This document shows, piece by piece, positions 8,548-20,000 of a DNA stretch of 20,000 nucleotides. The translations under genes were made by a program, and so were the position numbers. The stretch is from Ancylonema sp. (lineage: Eukaryota): positions 56,804 through 76,803 of the forward strand of contig JBFLGF010000208.1 in assembly GCA_050230475.1 (NCBI GenBank), written 5' to 3'. Each line of letters begins with the position of its first letter. The stretch's first letter is position 1. The notes under the pieces were generated by a model that was not told where the DNA came from, made no database searches, and saw only the letters and a program-made list of their open reading frames with translations.

Positions 8548-11500
8548 TACAAACTCTTATTCTCATCCATCGATCATCATCGGTTTGCAATGATGACTCT
8601 GTACCGGACAACCCCTCCCATCACATTTCATCATCACCAATCCCCCCCCCTGCCAGGTGGCCTCCTTCCACAACCATGCGGTGCCAGAGGAGCGGTTACG
8701 GTTCTGGTCTGAACCTGAAACCGAACTGGATCTGGTAACCGCCACGGGGGTGGGGGCGTTCCGCATGGGGTTGGACTGGGGGCGATTAGTCCCTGAGGAG
8801 CCGACAGCTGGCACGAGGGCAGTGGTGAGATACTCCACACGTAAAACTTCGATGTCGGTTGACTGGTCCGACCTCACATTTTCTCACCACGATGTCAACA
8901 TATAGTTGGTAGGCATACACATGTGTTCCCTCTCTCGGTTCGCGTTTGCGCAGCTCAGCGTGTTTGTGTCAAATTCAGCGGCCATGAGTGTCAGCTGTCA
9001 GGTTTCCAACCACACACTGATGCCCGGTTCCTACCCCCCACCTGCCAGCTGTCGTTGCCAGCTGTCGCTCAGTACATGTCGCTGCTGCGGTCGGTGAAGG
9101 GGAGGGGCCTGAAGGTGATGCTCACCCTCTTCCACCACTCCCTCCCCCAATGGGCGCTGGCCTACGGGGGGTGGGCGGACGGGCGGACGGTGGAATACTT
9201 TGTGGACTTTGCCAGGTGGGCTGGGGGGGTTGGGGATGGGGATGGGGGGGGCTACTGTGCTGGTTTGGTCGTGTGGAGAGTAGAGGAATAGGAAGGAGAA
9301 TGAATGAGTAGAGATGAAAGGATGATGGCTATATATAGTAATGCTTATTAACGATGGTTAGTGATGGTGATGGTTAGTTATGATCACGGTAGTTGTCACC
9401 ACAAAACATTAAAAGTGAACACATACATACCTCTAGTTATGAAGGCTAATAATTATGAGAATGACTATAATAATCTTAACAACAATACAAGATATATCAA
9501 TGAATACAAATATAAATAAAAATGGAAATAAAAGATTCATATCCAAAGTGTTCAATTCTATTTTCTCTAACAGTTTTCGTTTGCAAAGTAAGTTTTTTTT
9601 ATCGCAAACACTATCACGAAAGTCAGTTTCGCAGATTAGACTTTTCAAACCCGTGAAAGTTTTTTTCGATTCGCACAGAAAGAGGCAGTGAGACCGCCAC
9701 GTCAGCGAGTACATGTTACGACGGATAGATACTCGTAGTACAAACTTCGCACCTAAACATTTGAAGAATATTTGACGAATATTTGAAGAATATTTGACGA
9801 ATATTTGAAGAATGTTTGAAGAAAAGTTGAAGAAAATTTGAAGAGCATTTGACGAACATTTGAAAAATATTTGAAGAATATTTGAGGAATATTTGAAAAG
9901 TATTTGTCGAATATTTGAAGAGCATTTGAAGAAGATTTGAAGAAGATTTGAAGAATGAATGGAGATAAAAACACCCGATTGAGGCACGAAACCAGTCTTC
10001 ACATCATTTTTAGCAACGAGAACTAGAAACACATAGAAATTAAAATGATAAAATTAGAATTTTGAAACAACGTCGAAAACAAGAATCATAAGATCAACAT
10101 CTTGATTTCGGTGCCACTGGATCCCTCATTTCTTTAGGATTGCTCTGGAGGAATTTGGTCCATTGGTCGACTATTGGGTCACGTTCAACGAACCCACGGT
10201 GTACGCTGTCATGACTCACTGTATAGGCGCATGGCCGCCTGGCAAAAAGCCCTCCACTCTGGAATCGCTCGCCTGCTTTCTGCCGACAGGGGGCTTCGGC
10301 AGAAGTATGAAAGCGTTTGCTGACGCGCATAATGCCGCGTACGACGTGCTCAGAAACGGGTATGGGCGCCCAACAGTGGGCGGTTAGAAGAATAGGTCGC
10401 TCAAATAAGAGCAATCCACTCGGATGGAAAAAAACTTTTTTATACGCATTATGTGGAGGCCGGGGCGATAAAATGTGAAGTAGTGTATTCCTTGATAATG
10501 ATAAGGGTGGGAACACAGTCGACAACAACACGTGTATTCGAGGCATATGAACTCTCATCTAAAAGGGTGCAGTGGCCATTATTTAGGGTTTCCATTTCAG
10601 GGTAAAAGATTCACAAGTGTCGATACAGGATACAGGATTCCATTAGGGCCGGGGAAGAGTGTTTTAGGCCCATTTTTCAAACCTTTGGGTTTAGAACTCG
10701 GGAATCGAATCTCGTGGTCCAGGAAGTGAGGCTCAGAATATAGCGGTTAGGGGTTAGGGTTTAAGGTTTAGGGTTTAGGGTGTAGGGTTTGTGATTTTCT
10801 GGACCCATGAGCTGTGGTGCAGGAGTGATGCCCCCGTGGGTGTGGCTCACAACGTTGGGGTTCAGCGTCCCTTTGGCCTCCTGGACGCCCCCTTGGTTGC
10901 CTTCACCAACTACATCTCCTCCTTTGGATGGACGGACGACATCCAGAACCACCTCGACTTCCTGGGGCTCAACTACTATGGACAGGTGGAGGGAGGGTTG
11001 TTTTTTGGAGGTTTGTTAGGGTTGTTTTTTGTGTTTTGCTCCGTTATCTCAGTGACGCGCGTCAGTGGGTGTATCAGAGTGGGCAATGGGTCGGTTTGTT
11101 GCTGCTGCTTAAAACCGAGTCAGAAAAAAGATGACATTTGCAATCACATGTGTGGACGTTGAAAACGCACCCAGTGGGGCAGAGGGTCGTCCAGAAACCT
11201 GATCCTCACCTGCGCATGAATTCAATTCATTCCCCCCCCCCCCCTCAGGAGTTTCTGTCGGCTGTGGGCCTCCAGCTGGCGTCTGATGTGGAGTACAGCG
11301 AGTCGGGCCGGGGGGTGTACCCAGATGGCCTCTACCGCCTCCTCCTCGCCTTCCACGGCCGCTACTCCCCCCACCACCCCCGCCTGCGGTTCATGGTCAC
11401 GGAAAACGGCATCTCTGACTCGCGGGATCTGATTCGGCGCCCCTATCTCATCGAGCATCTCCTGGCAGTGCAGGCAGCCATGAAGAAGGTGAGGGGGATG

Positions 11501-12823
11501 GGGGGGGTTGGGGGGGTTGGGGGGTTGGGGGGGTGGGGGGAGGGGCGAGTGGGTGGGAAGGAGAGGGGGTGAGAGTGGATGTGTATCTGAAAGCTGAGCT
11601 GGTGCCAGGTGGCGCACAGAAATCGTGAAAAAACACCATCAAGGATTGTGATGACGACTGCTCTTATATGAAAGCGATGAGTGAAGCAGAGTGTGGGCAA
11701 GCTCATCAGTGGTTGAATCTTATCTCACCTGAGTAGTGCTGCATGTCTACGAGTCCCTCACCCGCGGGTGCGTTTCGCGTGGCAGGGTGTGCCCATCGAC
11801 GCGTACTTTTGGTGGACGGTGTCGGACAACTGGGAGTGGTCGGATGGGTACTGCCCCAAGTTTGGGCTGGTGGACGTGGATCGAGGGGATGGGCTGCGCA
11901 GGCGACCCCGCCCGTCCTACCACCTGTGGACAAAGGTGGGGGGGAGGGGGGGTCGGAGGGGTTGGGGGTGTGGGGGTTTCAGAGTTTTGGGGGGTGTGGT
12001 GAGGTTTTGGGTGGAAGTAGGCACATGATGAAAAGCCGATGGGAGTCAGTAGGTGATTATGTGACAGTAAGTAGGTATAAGTGTAAGTGTCTATAGTTGG
12101 GTTTGAGGTGGAAATGATGGGCGGTGCCGAATGATGGGGTTTCAGATTGTGACCTCTCGGCAAATCACGCGCGCGCAACGAGAGGAGCATTGGGCGACAC
12201 TAAGTGCAGACGCGGCGCAGGGAGGCTTGAGACCATTTTGCCGCCCGGCAGATTACGCCGGCAGAATGTGGTCTGGTAATACCCGAAACCGCTACCAACC
12301 CGTCGCGGTGGGGATGCTTCTTTATCCATGTATGTATATACTCGCAAAGCTGCCTTTTTTAACGGAGCCGAGCATATGTCAAGATGTAGTCGAGGTTGTT
12401 GTGGACATTGGTATTTGGATCCATGGGAATGAAACAAAACAATGTTTTGGGGTCCATACCACCTACGGGCATGCCATTGGACAACAACTAGTCTCAATAT
12501 TTAATCTAATACTCGGGGCCCGTTTTAGGGCTCCTTGAATAATTTTGGGCCTGTGCGGGGGGCGTCGTTTGAATTTGGGACGTGAATTGGTGGTGCTTGT
12601 AGACTCTTTGGACACACCAAGGATGCACCAAGTGTCGCAAAAAGATTGGAGATTTGGGCATTACGAGCACCCGAGCATGCTGTTGGCGTTCCGAAGATCG
12701 TTAAAAGTTTTGTGGACACTTGTTGGTGACTTGATACGTTTGCCTTCTCATCTCCTCGGCGATGGCGGCCGGGAAAAGAAAGCCATCTTAAAAGAAAGCA
12801 ATGCCAGAAAGTCAGAGCTGTAA
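7500..12823 (+). CDS. SFR2: Galactolipid:galactolipid galactosyltransferase SFR2 (SENSITIVE TO FREEZING 2), glycoside hydrolase family 1; 10 exons, 584 aa
   Basis: Exons 7500-7662, 8011-8141, 8657-8824, 9049-9215, 10138-10359, 10823-10985, 11249-11488, 11786-11935, 12146-12275, 12603-12823 (1755 nt, all GT-AG, phases match). SFR2 motifs FFFGLATAPAHVEDDL, RLRFWSEP, FRMGLDW, LTLFHHSLPQW, catalytic TFNEP and VTENG, EYSESGRGVYPDGL, DNWEWSDGY, DWRFGHY; N-terminal transmembrane anchor. Confidence 0.95.
8468..8547. repeat. (ATC)n microsatellite, ~26 units, in SFR2 intron 2
   Basis: Nearly pure ATC run inside a wider degenerate ATC-rich tract (~8290-8640). Confidence 0.95.
9758..9954. repeat. 11-bp minisatellite (consensus AATATTTGAAG), ~18 copies, in SFR2 intron 4
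   Basis: aatatttgacg aatatttgaag aatatttgacg aatatttgaag aatgtttgaag aaaagttgaag ... aagatttgaag. Confidence 0.9.
10741..10790 (+). repeat. Degenerate interstitial plant-type telomeric repeats (TTTAGGG)
   Basis: ggttagggg ttaggg tttaagg tttaggg tttaggg tgtaggg ttt, ending ~30 nt upstream of SFR2 exon 6. Confidence 0.75.
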
Positions 12824-13120
12824 AGAAACAATCGCAACGACGTGAGTGGCGTGTGAGTCACACAGAGATCGCAAACGACTGTTTTGATTTTCTTCAAGGT
12901 GAAATCGTAGGTTAGTTTTTTTTTTGAAAGTTAGTGACGCCCTAGCGAAGTTGTTTGTACAATATTGCAAGTCTTTTTACTTCTCCACAATGCTGTCACA
13001 TTGTGGTGTCAACCATTTGAGGTTGTTGTGGCATTGATGTGCCGAACATATTCCTAGCTTCACTTTGAATCTCTAGTTACGACACCTCTCTTCATCGTAC
13101 GCTTGGAGTCCAAAGTTGGA

Positions 13121-13959
13121 AGATAAAAGATTAATTTATCAATCAACTAGCAATCAAATTCAAGAGAATATTAACACTAGTCTAAAAATATAGACCCCGG
13201 ATTTCGAAATGCATGGATTTAGTTATGAAAATTTGAGAACTTGACATACTTCACTCACATGTCAACAAATTTTAGGCTTTGAGTAGGTTTGAATGGGCTA
13301 CGCTATGTAACAAAAGATTGGGCCTATAAATATATGAAACGCAGCATTTTAGTGTGTAAGCAACCACTGTTGATTGGTCTCCTCTCCCACCAATGTGAGG
13401 GGACTTGAAAGAGGTCGCCTACATCGATGCAGCATTGTTGATGGCTTCGCAAAAGGAAGAAGATACAGGATACATTTACACTCTTGATTCTATTGAATTC
13501 CATCCTCAAGAAAAGAAAACATTATTAGTGCCAAGTTTTTGCAATATCTACCAACTTGTCTCATCCGTGCAAGTCATAAATGCATGTCGATGCTCTTGTA
13601 CCCTAAATTTTGAACATCCTCTTCCTCGATAAAGTTGTTCTCGGATCCTTGGCACTAAAAACTGGGATGCTCTCAAACTTACATTTCGACGACAAAACTA
13701 ATGAAGACTTACTTTCTTCATTTTTTCGTAGATATGGATGTTGCCAAATGCTCCGTACCGCCATCATTTTTTTTCGTATCGTCATCAAGCAAACACAGCA
13801 TTAACTAGTTACACAAGCGACGATATAACATTATCGTCGTCACTACAAAATTGGTGCTGGAGTGAGAAGGGGTTCCAATTTCTCCCTCGCGAATTGAGGG
13901 AGACAAAAAGAAGCCTTGTGGACCTGCACAACCCCGAATAACAAACACCGAAACTTTAA
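13121..13959 (-). repeat. Distal duplicate of the SPDS terminal exon plus 3'UTR/downstream region (paralogous to 14892-16171)
   Basis: Colinear similarity 13140-13218 ~ 14911-14989 and 13237-13959 ~ 15451-16171, with scattered substitutions and small indels. Confidence 0.92.
13843..13923 (-). CDS. Duplicated last coding exon of spermidine synthase (VHKASFCLPQFAREKLEPLLTPAPIL*); candidate alternative terminal exon
   Basis: Same 26-aa peptide and stop as 16055-16135; 4 nt differences, all synonymous; acceptor GGGGTTGTGCAG intact. Confidence 0.6.
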   Translation of the reverse strand, partial: VHKASFCLPQFAREKLEPLLTPAPIL

Positions 13960-13987
13960 AATAATCATCAAATCAGACAATCCATTA

Positions 13988-14838
13988 CATATGGTTTCTC
14001 TGCATTGTGGTCATACCCATAATGTTTAGATCATTCAGTGACCCCGGCAAACCCACATAGGCCTGACAGTGATAGAGGTCATGTCCAGCTATAGCCTAGC
14101 TACTATGCTCCTCTTTTAATTCCTATCCTTATACATCCCTTGTCATGCAATGGGACACTACCAGTGCCAGTAGGTACAGTCAATACTTCCCATCAGCCCA
14201 GGGACCCCGCATTCACCTCCATCTCCTTCTTCAATTCATCGTCTTCCCACGACCTAAGATACTTAGGCCCATATGTACGAATCACAAATTTGCAATATTT
14301 CCGCAAAGCTGTCTTCGCAGTATCATCCGCCACTACGGTAAATTCGTGCACGTCATCGGAGCTTGTCCCATGTGCGAGTTGACGAATGGCAGCAACGACC
14401 TTTTGCAATGCCGAAGGTCGAGATTGACTAACGACATCTTTTCTTCCCTGGAAAAACTACTTCCAATCTTTGGATCTGTAATATCTTCATATATCCTTTG
14501 AAAGAGGTTTGGACTCATACGAAATCTACGGTGAAAAATTTCGATGGGGAACCTTGCACTTTCCTTTCTCTTGTGAACAACTCCATTCGTCAGTCACTGA
14601 CAAATGACAACGAAAATATTGTACGGAAGGAAATTGACGTAAGGAGAGAGATTAAGCGCGCGAAAAAAATCGAGTCAGTGTTGCTTGGGCTTGATCAGAG
14701 TCTGAACAAATTGGGCTGGGCACCGGTCCGACCTCCGACGTAGCGCCAAGTTACGCCAGTTCTCGGACCCAACCGAGACCCAACTAGTGTAGGTTGAACC
14801 GACCTGTTGGGTCCCGCTTGGGTCTACATGTGCTCTAA
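13988..14838 (-). mobile_element. Truncated, degenerate PIF/Harbinger element: DDE transposase pseudogene (~14545-13988) plus probable terminus near 14835
   Basis: Across frameshifts and stops it reads FHRRFRMSPNLFQRI...SALQKVVAAIRQLAHGTSSDDVHEF...YGPKYLR...GVPGLMGSIDCTYWHW*CPIA*QGMY...VGLPGSLNDLNI, matching the plant Harbinger consensus (FRRRFRM, LQKxxAAIRxLAYG, GFPGMLGSIDC, GxPGSxNDINV). Minus-strand TTA-GAGCA terminus-like motif at 14838-14831; subterminal GACCCAAC motifs in both orientations at 14765-14825. Confidence 0.85.
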
Positions 14839-14989
14839 GTTCTGCTCTTACACTTACAATCGTTTGTCGTCCTACACTCAAGTCTACCCTCAGATCAAAT
14901 ACTAGTTCGACAATCGACTAGCAATCAAACTCAAGAGAATATTAACACAAGTCTACAATTATAGAGCCCGGATTCCCAGTTGCATGGAT

Positions 14990-15433
14990 ACAATAGCCAT
15001 TCTGGCTAAGTGCCTAATTTGGTGTTTCGCATGGTAATCCGGTTGAATAGTCAGTCCAGTTTTGGACGGGACTGAGTGCGTACTCATACATGTCTCGTTT
15101 GAAGTGTGTGTCAGAGAAATGCCAAATTATGATTGGTTGTTGAATTAGTGGCCACGAGCATTTAAATGTACATGCAATCATTCAACCGAGATCGTTGATT
15201 GATTGCATGCATGTCTTAAGATCTGAATATATCGTTTTGAGGACGTGGATGCTTATTGAGTAGTTCTATCTCAATAAATGTGTTCGCCGAAATTGTCCAA
15301 GGTCTGAGTTTCAGACCTTGGAGCGGTAATTGATCAAACTAAGGAATTCACGTCACACCGGTCTGAATGACGCGTGAATGAAAAGTGTGTGGGTACTTAT
15401 TTGAAATAGCATTCGTGATCGCGGACTTCATTG
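14990..15433. other. ~440-nt hairpin-dense segment present in only one of the two duplicated copies; possible structured ncRNA or non-autonomous element
   Basis: Stems at 14994-15008, 15015-15028/15116-15129, 15051-15075, 15171-15209, 15253-15277, 15296-15322 (perfect 12 bp) and 15346-15379. Confidence 0.45.
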
Positions 15434-16054
15434 ATTATATGGAGTCTTCAAGAACTTGACATCCTCCACTCACATGTTAGCAGACTATTAGGATTCCAGT
15501 AGGCTTGAATGGGTTGCGTTACGTTACAAAAGATTGGGACTATAATCACATGAAACACAACATGTCAGTGTGTAAGCAATCAATGTTGATTGATCTCCCA
15601 CCAATATGAGGGGACTTGAAGGAGGTCGCCTACATCGATGCAACATTGTTGATGACTTCGCAAAAGGAAAAAGATACACGATACATTCACACTTTTGATT
15701 CTATTTAGTTCCATCTTCAAGAAAAGAAAGCATGCTGTGTGCCAAGTTTTTGCAATATCTACCAACTTGTCTCATCCGTGCAAGTCATCCAATAATGCAT
15801 GTCGATGCTCTTATACCCTAAATTTTGAACATCCTCTTCCTCGATAGAGTTGTTCTTGGATCCCTGCCACTAAAAACTGGGATGCTCTCAAACTTACATT
15901 TCGATGACAAAACTAATGATTACTCACTTTCCGCAATTTTTCATTCATATGGATGTTGCCAACTTCTCTGTACTGCCATCGTTTTTTCCCGTACCGTTAT
16001 CAGGTAAACATGTCATTCACTAGTTACAAAAGCGACCATAAGACATTTGAGTCA

Positions 16055-20000
<3,946 letters not shown>

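Noticed and set aside
8369..8712. Poly-His and poly-Ile ORFs
   Set aside because: Translations of the intronic (ATC)n microsatellite.
9433..10032. 199-aa minus-strand ORF with SSNILQIFFK repeats; CRISPR-like periodicity
   Set aside because: Product of an 11-bp tandem repeat with no unique spacers, inside a eukaryotic intron.
15320..15385. Short rRNA-like words (gcggtaatt, aaactaaggaatt, tgacgcgtgaatg)
   Set aside because: Too short and not colinear with any rRNA; treated as coincidence.

Overview
Eukaryotic, intron-rich DNA from a green plant, most likely a streptophyte alga or early land plant. The basis is an SFR2 gene, a plant-type spermidine synthase and TTTAGGG interstitial repeats; the species cannot be told. 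Three spliced genes were rebuilt by hand with phase-consistent exons: (1) a minus-strand conserved membrane protein of unknown function (4756-~7233, TMEM242/Aim11-like C-terminal half, one GC-AG intron); (2) a divergently transcribed 10-exon GH1 galactolipid galactosyltransferase SFR2 (7500-12823, 584 aa); (3) a convergent spermidine synthase (16055->20000, 5' end outside the window). The first ~2.7 kb looks like a decayed mobile-element segment with two intronless accessory ORFs, the second ending in a histone H3 tail mimic (RVKRCARKSTGR*). The last SPDS exon and its downstream region are duplicated (13121-13959 vs 14892-16171), with only synonymous changes and intact acceptors. A PIF/Harbinger transposase relic separates the copies, and one copy carries a ~440-nt hairpin-dense segment of unknown nature. 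Homology calls are from remembered family motifs, not database searches.
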